Positions 41,301 through 56,300 of a stretch of DNA of 64,000 nt are shown here, piece after piece (the stretch's first letter is position 1; every line of letters begins with the position of its first letter). The stretch covers positions 13,766,001 to 13,830,000 of the forward strand of contig CM119371.1 in the NCBI GenBank assembly GCA_051294905.1, written 5' to 3'. This DNA is from Botryllus schlosseri (taxonomy: Eukaryota). The notes under the pieces were generated by a model. It did no database searches. It was not told where the DNA came from and saw only the letters and a list, made by a program, of their open reading frames with translations. Position numbers and translations under genes: made by a program.

Positions 41301-44300
41301 AAACTACAATAGCCAGGAATACGCCGATAGGCTCATTCGATGTAACTTTTGAATTGCTACAATCTGGTAGCAGAGTTGTAACTGTATGCCCTCGGGAACA
41401 TAGAGAAATCTTGGTGGAATTGAACTTTTCATAAATTTTCATACCCCCCAAAATGGCTAAATCTGCCAATATCTCCTAAACTACAATAGCCAGGAATACG
41501 CCGATAGGCTCATTCGATGTAACTTTTGAATTGCTACAATCTGGTAGCAGAGTTGTAACTGTATGCCCTCGGGAACATAGAGAAATCTTGGTGGAATTGA
41601 ACTTTTTATAAATTTTCATACCCCCCAAAATGGCTAAATCTGCCAATATCTCCTAAACTACAATAGCCAGGAATACGCCGATAGGCTCATTCGATGTAAC
41701 TTTTGAATTGCTACAATCTGGTAGCAGAGTTGTAACTGTAAGCCCTCGGGAACATAGAGAAATCTTGGTGGAATTGAACTTTTCATAAATTTTCATACCC
41801 CCCAAAATGGCTAAATCTGCCAATATCTCCTAAACTACAATAGCCAGGAATACGCCGATAGGCTCATTCGATGTAACTTTTGAATTGCTACAATCTGGTA
41901 GCAGAGTTGTAACTGTATGCCCTCGGGAACATAGAGAAATCTTGGTGGAATTGAACTTTTCATAAATTTTCATACCCCCCAAAATGGCTAAATCTGCCAA
42001 TATCTCCTAAACTACAATAGCCAGGAAAACGCCGATAGGCTCATTCGATGTAACTTTTAAATTGCTACAATCTGGTAGCAGAGTTGTAACTGTAGGCCCT
42101 CGGGAACATAGAGAAATCTTGGTGGAATTGAACTTTTCATAAATTTTCATACCCCCCAAAATGGCTAAATCTGCCAATATCTCCTAAACTACAATAGCCA
42201 GGAATACGCCGATAGGCTCATTCGATGTAACTTTTGAATTGCTACAATCTGGTAGCAGAGTTGTAACTGTAGGCCCTCGGGAACATAGAGAAATCTTGGT
42301 GGAATTGAACTTTTCATAAATTTTCATATCCCCCAAAATGGCTAAATCTGCCAATATCTCCTAAACTACAATAGCCAGGAATACGCCGATAGGCTCATTC
42401 GATGTAACTTTTGAATTGCTACAATCTGGTAGCAGAGCTGTAACTGTAGAACCTCGGGAACATAGAGAAATCTTTGTGGAATTGAACTTTTCATAAATTT
42501 TCATACCCCCCAAAATGGCTAAATCTGCCAATATCTCCTAAACTACAATAGCCAGGAATACGCCGATAGGCTGATTCGATGTAACTTTTGAATTGCTACA
42601 ATCTGGTAGCAGAGTTGTAACTGTAGGCCCTCGGGAACATAGAGAAATCTTGGTGGAATTGAACTTTTCATAAATTTTCATACCCCCCAAAATGGCTAAA
42701 TCTGCCAATATCTTCTAAACTACAATAGCCAGGATTACGCCGATAGGCTCATTCGATGTAACTTTTGAATTGCTACAATCTGGTAGCAGAGTTGTAACTG
42801 TAGGCCCTCGGAAACATAGAGAAATCTTGGTGGAATTGAACTTTTCATAAATTTTCATACCCCCCAAAATGGCTAAATCTGCCAATATCTCCTAAACTAC
42901 AATAGCCAGGAATACGCCGATAGGCTCATTCGATGTAACTTTTGAATTGCTACAATCTGGTAGCAGAGTTGTAACTGTAGGCCCTCGGGAACATAGAGAA
43001 ATCTTGGTGGAATTGAACTTTTCATAAATTTTCATACCCCCCAAAATGGCTAAATCTGCCAATATCTCCTATACTACAATAGCCAGGAATACGCCGATAG
43101 GCTCATTCGATGTAACTTTTGAATTGCTACAATCTGGTAGCAGAGTTGTAACTGTAGGCCCTCGGGAACATAGAGAAATCTTGGTGGAATTGAACTTTTC
43201 ATAAATTTTCATATCCCCCAAAATGGCTAAATCTGCCAATATCTCCTAAACTACAATAGCCAGGAATACGCCGATAGGCTCATTCGATGTAACTTTTGAA
43301 TTGCTACAATCTGGTAGCAGAGCTGTAACTGTAGAACCTCGGGAACATAGAGAAATCTTTGTGGAATTGAACTTTTCATAAATTTTCATACCCCCCAAAA
43401 TGGCTAAATCTGCCAATATCTCCTAAACTACAATAGCCGGGAATACGCCGATAGGCTCATTCGATGTAACTTTTGAATTGCTACAATCTGGTAGCAGAGT
43501 TGTAACTGTAGGCCCTCGGGAACATAGAGAAATCTTGGTGGAATTGAACTTTTCATAAATTTTCATACCCCCCAAAATGGCTAAATCTGCCAATATCTCC
43601 TAAACTACAATAGCCAGGAATACGCCGATAGGCTCATTCGATGTAACTTTTGAATTGCTACAATCTGGTAGCAGAGTTGTAACTGTAGGCCCTCGGAAAC
43701 ATAGAGAAATCTTGGTGGAATTGAACTTTTCATAAATTTTCATACTCCCCCAAAATGGCTAAATCTGCCAATATCTCCTAAACTACAATAGCCAGGAATA
43801 CGCCGATAGGCTCATTCGATGTAACTTTTGAATTGCTACAATCTGGTAGCAGAGTTGTTACTGTAGGCCCTCGGGAACATAGAGAAATCTTGGTGGAATT
43901 GAACTTTTCATAAATTTTCATACCCCCCAAAATGGCTAAATCTGCCAATATCTACTAAACTACAATAGCCAGGAATACGCCGATAGGCTCATTCGATGTA
44001 ACTTTTGAATTGCTAAAATCTGGTAGCAGAGTTGTAACTGTAGGCCCTCGGAAACATAGAGAAATCTTGGTGGAATTGAACTTTTCATAAATTTTCATAC
44101 CCCCCAAAATGGCTAAATCTGCCAATATCTCCTAAACTACAATAGCCAGGAATACGCCGATAGGCTCATTCGATGTAACTTTTAAATTGCTACAATCTGG
44201 TAGCAGAGTTGTAACTGTAGGCCCTCGGGAACATAGAGAAATCTTGGTGGAATTGAACTTTTCATAAATTTTCATACCCCCCAAAATGGCTAAATCTGCC

Positions 44301-47300
44301 AATATCTCCTAAACTACAATAGCCAGGAATACGCCGATAGGCTCATTCGATGGAACTTTTGAATTGCTACAATCTGGTAGCAGAGTTGTAACTGTAGGCC
44401 CTCGGGAACATAGAGAAATCTTGGTGGAATTGAACTTTTCATAAATTTTCATACCCCCCAAAATGGCTAAATCTGCCAATATCTCCTAAACTACAATAGC
44501 CAGGAATACGCCGATAGGCTCATTCGATGTAACTTTTGAATTGCTACAATCTGGTAGCAGAGTTGTAACTGTAGGCCCTCGGGAACATAGAGAAATCTTG
44601 GTGGAATTGAACTTTTCATAAATTTTCATACCCCCCAAAATGGCTAAATCTGCCAATATCTCCTAAACTACAATAGCCAGGAATACGCCGATAGGCTCAT
44701 TCGATGTAACTTTTGAATTGCTACAATCTGGTAGCAGAGTTGTAACTGTAGGCCCTCGGGAACATAGAGAAATCTTGGTGGAATTGAACTTTTCATAAAT
44801 TTTCATACCCCCCAAAATGGCTAAATCTGCCAATATCTCCTAAACTACAATAGCCAGGAATACGCCGATAGGCTCATTCGATGTAACTTTTGAATTGCTA
44901 CAATCTGGTAGAAGAGTTGTAACTGTAGGCCCTCGGGAACATAGAGAATTCTTGGTGGAATTGAACTTTTCATAAATTTTCATACCCCCCAAAATGGCTA
45001 AATCTGCCAATATCTCCTAAACTACAATAGCCAGGAATACGCCGATAGGCTCATTCGATGTAACTTTTGAATTGCTACAATCTGGTAGCAGAGCTGTAAC
45101 TGTAGGCCTTCGGGAACATAGGGAAATCTTGGTGGAATTGAACTTTTCATAAATTTTCATACCCCCCAAAATGGCTAAATCTGCCAATATCTCCTAAACT
45201 ACAATAGCCAGGAATACGCCGATAGGCTCATTCGATGTAACTTTTGAATTGCTACAATCTGGTAGCAGAGTTGTAACTGTAGGCCCTCGGGAACATAGAG
45301 AAATCTTGGTGGAATTGAACTTTTCAAAAATTTTCATACCTCCCAAAATGGCTAAATCTGCCAATATCTCCTAAACTACAATAGCCAGGAATACGCCGAT
45401 AGGCTCATTCGATGTAACTTTTGAATTGCTACAATCTGGTAGCAGAGTTGTAACTGTAGGCCCTCGGGAACATAGAGAAATCTTGGTGGAATTGAACTTT
45501 TCAAAAATTTTCATACCTCCCAAAATGGCTAAATCTGCCAATATCTCCTAAACTACAATAGCCAGGAATACGCCGATAGGCTCATTCGATGTAACTTTTG
45601 AATTGCTACAATCTGGTAGCAGAGTTGTAACTGTAGGCCCTCGGGAACATAGAGAAATCTTGGTGGAATTGAACTTTTCAAAAATTTTCATACCTCCCAA
45701 AATGGCTAAATCTGCCAATATCTCCTAAACTACAATAGCCAGGAATACGCCGATAGGCTCATTCGATGTAACTTTTGAATTGCTACAATCTGGTAGCAGA
45801 GTTGTAACTGTAGGCCCTCGGGAACATAGAGAAATCTTGGTGGAATTGAACTTTTCATAAATTTTCATACCCCCCAAAATGGCTAAATCTGCCAATATCT
45901 CCTAAACTACAATAGCCAGGAATACGCCGATAGGCTCATTCGATGTAACTTTTGAATTGCTACAATCTGGTAGCAGAGTTGTAACTGTAGGCCCTCGGAA
46001 ACATAGAGAAATCTTGGTGGAATTGAACTTTTCATAAATTTTCATACCCCCCAAAATGGCTAAATCTGCCAATATCTCCTAAACTACAATAGCCAGGAAT
46101 ACGCCGATAGGCTCATTCGATGTAACTTTTGAATTGCTACAATCTGGAAGCAGATTTGTAACTGTAGGCCCTCGGGAACATAGAGAAATCTTGGTGGAAT
46201 TGAACTTTTCATAAATTTTCATACCCCCCAAAATGGCTAAATCTGCCAATATCTCCTAAACTACAATAGCCAGGAATACGCCGATAGGCTCATTCGATGT
46301 AACTTTTGAATTGCTACAATCTGGTAGCAGAGTTGTAACTGTATGCCCTCGGGAACATAGAGAAATCTTGGTGGAATTGAACTTTTCATAAATTTTCATA
46401 CCCCCCAAAATGGCTAAATCTGCCAATATCTCCTAAACTTCAATAGCCAGGAATACGCCGATAGGCTCATTCGATGTAACTTTTGAATTGCTACAATCTG
46501 GTAGCAGAGTTGTAACTGTATGCCCTCGGGAACATAGAGAAATCTTGGTGGAATTGAACTTTTCATAAATTTTCATACCCCCCAAAATGGCTAAATCTGC
46601 CAATATCTCCTAAACTACAATAGCCAGGAATACGCCGATAGGCTCATTCGATGTAACTTTTGAATTGCTACAATCTGGTAGCAGAGTTGTAACTGTAGGC
46701 CCTCGGGAACATAGAGAAATCTTGGTGGAATTGAACTTTTCATAAATTTTCATACCCCCCAAAATGGCTAAATCTGCCAATATCTCCTAAACTACAATAG
46801 CCAGGAATACGCCGATAGGCTCATTCGATGTAACTTTTGAATTGCTACAATCTGGTAGCAGAGTTGTAACTGTAGGCCCTCGGGAACATAGAGAAATCTT
46901 GGTGGAATTGAACTTTTCATAAATTTTCATACCCCCCAAAATGGCTAAATCTGCCAATATCTCCTAAACTACAATAGCCAGGAATACGCCGATAGGCTCA
47001 TTCGATGTAACTTTTGAATTGCTACAATCTGGTAGCAGAGTTGTAACTGTAGGCCCTCGGAAACATAGAGAAATCTTGGTGGAATTGAACTTTTCATAAA
47101 TTTTCATACCCCCCAAAATGGCTAAATCTGCCAATATCTCCTAAACTACAATAGCCAGGAATACGCCGATAGGCTCATTCGATGTAACTTTTGAATTGCT
47201 ACAATCTGGTAGCAGAGTTGTAACTGTAGGCCCTCGGGAACATAGAGAAATCTTGGTGGAATTGAACTTTTCATAAATTTCATACCCCCCAAAATGGCTA

Positions 47301-50300
47301 AATCTGACAAGATCTCCTAAACTACAATAGCCAGGAATACGCCGATAGGCTCATTCGATGCAACTTTTGAATTGCTACAATCTGGTAGCAGAGTTGTAAC
47401 TGTAGGCCCTCGGGAACATAGAGAAATCTTGGTGGAATTGAACTTTTCATAAATTTTCATACTCCCCAAAATGGCTAAATCTGCCAATATCTCCTAAACT
47501 ACAATAGCCAGGAATACGCCGATAGGCTCATTCGATGTAACTTTTGAATTGCTACAATCTGGTAGCAGAGTTGTAACTGTAGGCCCTCGGGAACATAGAG
47601 AAATCTTGGTGGAATTGAACTTTTCATAAATTTTCATACCCCCCAAAATGGCTAAATCTGCCAATATCTCCTAAACTACAATAGCCAGGAATACGCCGAT
47701 AGGCTCATTCGATGTAACTTTTGAATTGCTACAATCTGGTAGCAGAGTTGTAACTGTAGGCCCTCGGGAACATAGAGAAATCTTGGTGGAATTGAACTTT
47801 TCAAAAATTTTCATACCTCCCAAAATGGCTAAATCTGCCAATATCTCCTAAACTACAATAGCCAGGAATACGCCGATAGGCTCATTCGATGTAACTTTTG
47901 AATTGCTACAATCTGGTAGCAGAGTTGTAACTGTAGGCCCTCGGGAACATAGAGAAATCTTGGTGGAATTGAACTTTTCAAAAATTTTCATACCTCCCAA
48001 AATGGCTAAATCTGCCAATATCTCCTAAACTACAATAGCCAGGAATACGCCGATAGGCTCATTCGATGTAACTTTTGAATTGCTACAATCTGGTAGCAGA
48101 GTTGTAACTGTAGGCCCTCGGGAACATAGAGAAATCTTGGTGGAATTGAACTTTTCATAAATTTTCATACCCCCCAAAATGGCTAAATCTGCCAATATCT
48201 CCTAAACTACAATAGCCAGGAATACGCCGATAGGCTCATTCGATGTAACTTTTGAATTGCTACAATCTGGTAGCAGAGTTGTAACTGTAGGCCCTCGGAA
48301 ACATAGAGAAATCTTGGTGGAATTGAACTTTTCATAAATTTTCATACCCCCCAAAATGGCTAAATCTGCCAATATCTCCTAAACTACAATAGCCAGGAAT
48401 ACGCCGATAGGCTCATTCGATGTAACTTTTGAATTGCTACAATCTGGAAGCAGATTTGTAACTGTAGGCCCTCGGGAACATAGAGAAATCTTGGTGGAAT
48501 TGAACTTTTCATAAATTTTCATACCCCCCAAAATGGCTAAATCTGCCAATATCTCCTAAACTACAATAGCCAGGAATACGCCGATAGGCTCATTCGATGT
48601 AACTTTTGAATTGCTACAATCTGGTAGCAGAGTTGTAACTGTATGCCCTCGGGAACATAGAGAAATCTTGGTGGAATTGAACTTTTCATAAATTTTCATA
48701 CCCCCCAAAATGGCTAAATCTGCCAATATCTCCTAAACTTCAATAGCCAGGAATACGCCGATAGGCTCATTCGATGTAACTTTTGAATTGCTACAATCTG
48801 GTAGCAGAGTTGTAACTGTATGCCCTCGGGAACATAGAGAAATCTTGGTGGAATTGAACTTTTCATAAATTTTCATACCCCCCAAAATGGCTAAATCTGC
48901 CAATATCTCCTAAACTACAATAGCCAGGAATACGCCGATAGGCTCATTCGATGTAACTTTTGAATTGCTACAATCTGGTAGCAGAGTTGTAACTGTAGGC
49001 CCTCGGGAACATAGAGAAATCTTGGTGGAATTGAACTTTTCATAAATTTTCATACCCCCCAAAATGGCTAAATCTGCCAATATCTCCTAAACTACAATAG
49101 CCAGGAATACGCCGATAGGCTCATTCGATGTAACTTTTGAATTGCTACAATCTGGTAGCAGAGTTGTAACTGTAGGCCCTCGGGAACATAGAGAAATCTT
49201 GGTGGAATTGAACTTTTCATAAATTTTCATACCCCCCAAAATGGCTAAATCTGCCAATATCTCCTAAACTACAATAGCCAGGAATACGCCGATAGGCTCA
49301 TTCGATGTAACTTTTGAATTGCTACAATCTGGTAGCAGAGTTGTAACTGTAGGCCCTCGGAAACATAGAGAAATCTTGGTGGAATTGAACTTTTCATAAA
49401 TTTTCATACCCCCCAAAATGGCTAAATCTGCCAATATCTCCTAAACTACAATAGCCAGGAATACGCCGATAGGCTCATTCGATGTAACTTTTGAATTGCT
49501 ACAATCTGGTAGCAGAGTTGTAACTGTAGGCCCTCGGGAACATAGAGAAATCTTGGTGGAATTGAACTTTTCATAAATTTCATACCCCCCAAAATGGCTA
49601 AATCTGACAAGATCTCCTAAACTACAATAGCCAGGAATACGCCGATAGGCTCATTCGATGCAACTTTTGAATTGCTACAATCTGGTAGCAGAGTTGTAAC
49701 TGTAGGCCCTCGGGAACATAGAGAAATCTTGGTGGAATTGAACTTTTCATAAATTTTCATACTCCCCAAAATGGCTAAATCTGCCAATATCTCCTAAACT
49801 ACAATAGCCAGGAATACGCCGATAGGCTCATTCGATGTAACTTTTGAATTGCTACAATCTGGTAGCAGAGTTGTAACTGTAGGCCCTCGGGAACATAGAG
49901 AAATCTTGGTGGAATTGAACTTTTCATAAATTTTCATACCCCCCAAAATGGCTAAATCTGCCAATATCTCCTAAACTACAATAGCCAGGAATACGCCGAT
50001 AGGCTCATTCGATGTAACTTTTGAATTGCTACAATCTGGTAGCAGAGTTGTAACTGTAGGCCCTCGGGAACATAGAGAAATCTTGGTGGAATTGAACTTT
50101 TCATAAATTTTCATACCCCCCAAAATGGCTAAATCTGCCAATATCTCCTAAACTACAATAGCCAGGAATACGCCGATAGGCTCATTCGATGTAACTTTTG
50201 AATTGCTACAATCTGGTAGCAGAGTTGTAACTGTAGGCCCTCGGGAACATAGAGAAATCTTGGTGGAATTGAACTTTTCATAAATTTTCATACCCCCCAA

Positions 50301-53300
50301 AATGGCTAAATCTGCCAATATCTCCTAAACTACAATAGCCAGGAATACGCCGATAGGCTCATTCGATGTAACTTTTGAATTGCTACAATCTGGTAGCAGA
50401 GTTGTAACTGTAGGCCCTCGGGAACATAGAGAAATCTTGGTGGAATTGAACTTTTCATAAATTTTCATACCCCCCAAAATGGCTAAATCTGCCAATATCT
50501 CCTAAACTACAATAGCCAGGAATACGCCGATAGGCTCATTCGATGTAACTTTTGAATTGCTACAATCTGGTAGCAGAGTTGTAACTGTAGGCCCTCGGGA
50601 ACATAGAGAAATCTTGGTGGAATTGAACTTTTCATAAATTTTCATACCCCCCAAAATGGCTAAATCTGCCAATATCTCCTAAACTACAATAGCCAGGAAT
50701 ACGCCGATAGGCTCATTCGATGTAACTTTTGAATTGCTACAATCTGGTAGCGGAGTTGTAACTGTAGGCCGTCGGGAACATAGAGAAATCTTGGTGGAAT
50801 TGAACTTTTCATAAATTTTCATACCCCCCAAAATGGCTAAATCTGCCAATATCTTCTAAACTACAATAGCCAGGATTACGCCGATAGGCTCATTCGATGT
50901 AACTTTTGAATTGCTACAATCTGGTAGCAGAGTTGTAACTGTAGGCCCTCGGAAACATAGAGAAATCTTGGTGGAATTGAACTTTTCATAAATTTTCATA
51001 CCCCCCAAAATGGCTAAATCTGCCAATATCTCCTAAACTACAATAGCCAGGAATACGCCGATAGGCTCATTCGATGTAACTTTTGAATTGCTACAATCTG
51101 GAAGCAGATTTGTAACTGTAGGCCCTCGGGAACATAGAGAAATCTTGGTGGAATTGAACTTTTCATAAATTTTCATACCCCCCAAAATGGCTAAATCTGC
51201 CAATATCTCCTAAACTACAATAGCCAGGAATACGCCGATAGGCTCATTCGATGTAACTTTTGAATTGCTACAATCTGGTAGCAGAGTTGTAACTGTATGC
51301 CCTCGGGAACATAGAGAAATCTTGGTGGAATTGAACTTTTCATAAATTTTCATACCCCCCAAAATGGCTAAATCTGCCAATATCTCCTAAACTACAATAG
51401 CCAGGAATACGCCGATAGGCTCATTCGATGTAACTTTTGAATTGCTACAATCTGGTAGCAGAGTTGTAACTGTATGCCCTCGGGAACATAGAGAAATCTT
51501 GGTGGAATTGAACTTTTCATAAATTTTCATACCCCCCAAAATGGCTAAATCTGCCAATATCTCCTAAACTATAATAGCCAGGAATACGCCGATAGGCTCA
51601 TTCGATGTAACTTTTGAATTGCTACAATCTGGTAGCAGAGTTGTAACTGTAGGCCCTCGGGAACATAGAGAAATCTTGGTGGAATTGAACTCTTCATAAA
51701 TTTTTATACCCCCCAAAATGGCTAAATCTGCCAATATCTCCTAAACTACAATAGCCAGGAATACGCCGATAGGCTCATTCGATGTAACTTTTGAATTGCT
51801 ACAATCTGGTAGCAGAGTTGTAACTGTAGGCCCTCGGGAACATAGAGAAATCTTGGTGGAATTGAACTTGTCATAAATTTTCATATCCCCCAAAATGGCT
51901 AAATCTGCCAATATCTCCTAAACTACAATAGCCAGGAATACGCCGATAGGCTCATTCGATGTAACTTTTGAATTGCTACAATCTGGTAGCAGAGCTGCAA
52001 CTGTAGAACCTCGGGAACATAGAGAAATCTTGGTGGAATTGAACTTTTCATAAATTTTCATACCCCCCAAAATGGCTAAATCTGCCAATATCTCCTAAAC
52101 TACAATAGCCAGGAATACGCCGATAGGCTCATTCGATGTAACTTTTGAATTGCTACAATCTGGTAGCAGAGTTGTAACTGTAGGCCCTCGGGAACATAGA
52201 GAAATCTTGGTGGAATTGAACTTTTCATAAATTTTCATACCCCCCAAAATGGCTAAATCTGCCAATATCTCCTAAACTACAATAGCCAGGAATACGCCGA
52301 TAGGCTCATTCGATGTAACTTTTGAATTGCTACAATCTGGTAGCAGAGTTGTAACTGTAGGCCCTCGGAAACATAGAGAAATCTTGGTGGAATTGAACTT
52401 TTCATAAATTTTCATACCCCCCAAAATGGCTAAATCTGCCAATATCTCCTAAACTACAATAGCCAAGAATACGCCGATAGGCTCATTCGATGTAACTTTT
52501 GAATTGCTACAATCTGGTAGCAGAGTTGTAACTGTAGGCCCTCGGGAACATAGAGAAATCTTGGTGGAATTGAACTTTTCATAAATTTCATACCCCCCAA
52601 AATGGCTAAATCTGCCAATATCTCCTAAACTACAATAGCCAGGAATACGCCGATAGGCTCATTCGATGCAACTTTTGAATTTCTACAATCTGGTAGCAGA
52701 GTTGTAACTGTAGGCCCTCGGGAACATAGAGAAATCTTGGTGGAATTGAACTTTTCATAAATTTTCATACTCCCCAAAATGGCTAAATCTGCCAATATCT
52801 CCTAAACTACAATAGCCAGGAATACGCCGATAGGCTCATTCGATGTAACTTTTGAATTGCTACAATCTGGTAGCAGAGTTGTAACTGTAGGCCCTCGGGA
52901 ACATAGAGAAATCTTGGTGGAATTGAACTTTTCATAAATTTTCATACCCCCCAAAATGGCTAAATCTGCCAATATCTCCTAAACTACAATAGCCAGGAAT
53001 ACGCCGATAGGCTCATTCGATGTAACTTTTGAATTGCTACAATCTGGTAGCAGAGTTGTAACTGTAGGCCCTCGGGAACATAGAGAAATCTTGGTGGAAT
53101 TGAACTTTTCATAAATTTTCATACCCCCCAAAATGGCTAAATCTGCCAATATCTCCTAAACTACAATAGCCAGGAATACGCCGATAGGCTCATTCGATGT
53201 AACTTTTGAATTGCTACAATCTGGTAGCAGAGTTGTAACTGTAGGCCCTCGGGAACATAGAGAAATCTTGGTGGAATTGAACTTTTCATAAATTTTCATA

Positions 53301-56300
53301 CCCCCCAAAATGGCTAAATCTGCCAATATCTCCTAAACTACAATAGCCAGGAATACGCCGATAGGCTCATTCGATGTAACTTTTGAATTGCTACAATCTG
53401 GTAGCAGAGTTGTAACTGTAGGCCCTCGGGAACATAGAGAAATCTTGGTGGAATTGAACTTTTCATAAATTTTCATACCCCCCAAAATGGCTAAATCTGC
53501 CAATATCTCCTAAACTACAATAGCCAGGAATACGCCGATAGGCTCATTCGATGTAACTTTTGAATTGCTACAATCTGGTAGCAGAGTTGTAACTGTAGGC
53601 CCTCGGGAACATAGAGAAATCTTGGTGGAATTGAACTTTTCATAAATTTTCATAGCCCCCAAAATGGCTAAATCTGCCAATATCTCCTAAACTACAATAG
53701 CCAGGAATACGCCGATAGGCTCATTCGATGTAACTTTTGAATTGCTACAATCTGGTAGCAGAGTTGTAACTGTAGGCCCTCGGGAACATAGAGAAATCTT
53801 GGTGGAATTGAACTTTTCATAAATTTTCATACCCCCCAAAATGGCTAAATCTGCCAATATCTCCTAAACTACAATAGCCAGGAATACGCCGATAGGCTCA
53901 TTCGATGTAACTTTTGAATTGCTACAATCTGGTAGCAGAGTTGTAACTGTAGGCCCTCGGGAACATAGAGAAATCTTGGTGGAATTGAACTTTTCATAAA
54001 TTTTCATACCCCCCAAAATGGCTAAATCTGCCAATATCTCCTAAACTACAATAGCCAGGAATACGCCGATAGGCTCATTCGATGTAACTTTTGAATTGCT
54101 ACAATCTGGTAGCAGAGTTGTAACTGTAGGCCTTCGGGAACATAGAGAAATCTTGGTGGAATTGAACTTTTCATAAATTTTCATACCCCCCAAAATGACT
54201 AAATCTGCCAATATCTCCTAAACTACAATAGCCAGGAATACGCCGATAGGCTCATTCGATGTCACTTTTGAATTGCTACAATCTGGTAGCAGAGTTGTAA
54301 CTGTAGGCCCTCGGGAACATAGAGAAATCTTGGTGGAATTGAACTTTTCATAAATTTTCATACTCCCCAAAATGGCTAAATCTGCCAATATCTCCTAAAC
54401 TACAATAGCCAGGAATACGCCGATAGGCTCGTTCGATGTAACTTTTGAATTGCTACAATCTGGTAGCAGAGTTGTAACTGTAGGCCCTCGGGAACATAGA
54501 GAAATCTTGGTGGAATTGAACTTTTCATAAATTTTCATACCCCCCAAAATGGCTAAATCTGCCAATATCTCCTAAACTACAATAGCCAGGAATACGCCGA
54601 TAGGCTCATTCGATGTAACTTTTGAATTGCTACAATCTGGTAGCAGAGTTGTAACTGTAGGCCCTCGGAAACATAGAGAAATCTTGGTGGAATTGAACTT
54701 TTCATAAATTTTCATACCCCCCAAAATGGCTAAATCTGCCAATATCTCCTAAACTACAATAGCCAGGAATACGCCGATAGGCTCATTCGATGTAATTTTT
54801 GAATTGCTACAATCTGGTAGCAGAGTTGTAACTGTAGGCCCTCGGGAACATAGAGAAATCTTGGTGGAATTGAACTTTTCATAAATTTTCATACCCCCCA
54901 AAATTGCTAAATCTGCCAATATCTCCTAAACTACAATAGCCAGGAATACGCCGATAGGCTCATTCGATGTAACTTTTGAATTGCTACAATCTGGTAGCAG
55001 AGTTGTAACTGTAGGCCCTCGGGAACATAGAGAAATCTTGGTGGAATTGAACTTTTCTTAAATTTTCATACCCCCCAAAATGGCTAAATCTGCCAATATC
55101 TCCTAAACTACAATAGCCAGGAATACGCCGATAGGCTCATTCGATGTAACTTTTGAATTGCTACAATCTGGTAGCAGAGTTGTAACTGTAGGCCCTCGGG
55201 AACATAGAGAAATCTTGGTGGAATTGAACTTTTCATAAATTTTCATACCCCCCAAAATGGCTAAATCTGCCAATATCTCCCAAACTACAATAGCCAGGAA
55301 TACGCCGATAGGCTCATTCGATGTAACTTTTGAATTGCTACAATCTGGTAGCAGAGTTGTAACTGTAGGCCCTCGGGAACATAGAGAAATCTTGGTGGAA
55401 TTGAACTTTTCATAAATTTTCATACCCCCCAAAATGGCTAAATCTGCCAATATCTCCTAAACTACAATAGCCAGGAATACGCCGATAGGCTCATTCGATA
55501 TTACTTTTGAATTGCTACAATCTGGTAGCAGAGTTGTAACTGTAGGCCCTCGGGAACATAGAGAAATCTTGGTGGAATTGAACTTTTCATAAATTTTCAT
55601 ACCCCCCAAAATGGCTAAATCTGCCAATATCTCCTAAACTACAATAGCCAGGAATACGCCGATAGGCTCATTCGATGTAACTTTTGAATTGCTACAATCT
55701 GGTAGCAGAGTTGTAACTGTAGGCCCTCGGGAACATAGAGAAATCTTGGTGGAATTGAACTTTTCATAAATTTTCATACCCCCCAAAATGGCTAAATCTG
55801 CCAATATCTCCTAAACTACAATGGCCAGGAATACGCCGATAGGCTCATTCGATGTAATTTTTGAATTGCTACAATCTGGTAGCAGAGTTGTAACTGTAGG
55901 CCCTCGGGAACATAGAGAAATCTTGGTGGAATTGAACTTTTCATAAATTTTCATACCCCCCAAAATTGCTAAATCTGCCAATATCTCCTAAACTACAATA
56001 GCCAGGAATACGCCGATAGGCTCATTCGATGTAACTTTTGAATTGCTACAATCTGGTAGCAGAGTTGTAACTGTAGGCCCTCGGGAACATAGAGAAATCT
56101 TGGTGGAATTGAACTTTTCTTAAATTTTCATACCCCCCAAAATGGCTAAATCTGTCAATATCTCCTAAACTACAATAGCCAGGAATACGCCGATAGGCTC
56201 ATTCGATGTAACTTTTGAATTGCTACAATCTGGTAGCAGAGTTGTAACTGTAGGCCCTCGGGAACATAGAGAAATCTTGGTGGAATTGAACTTTTCATAA

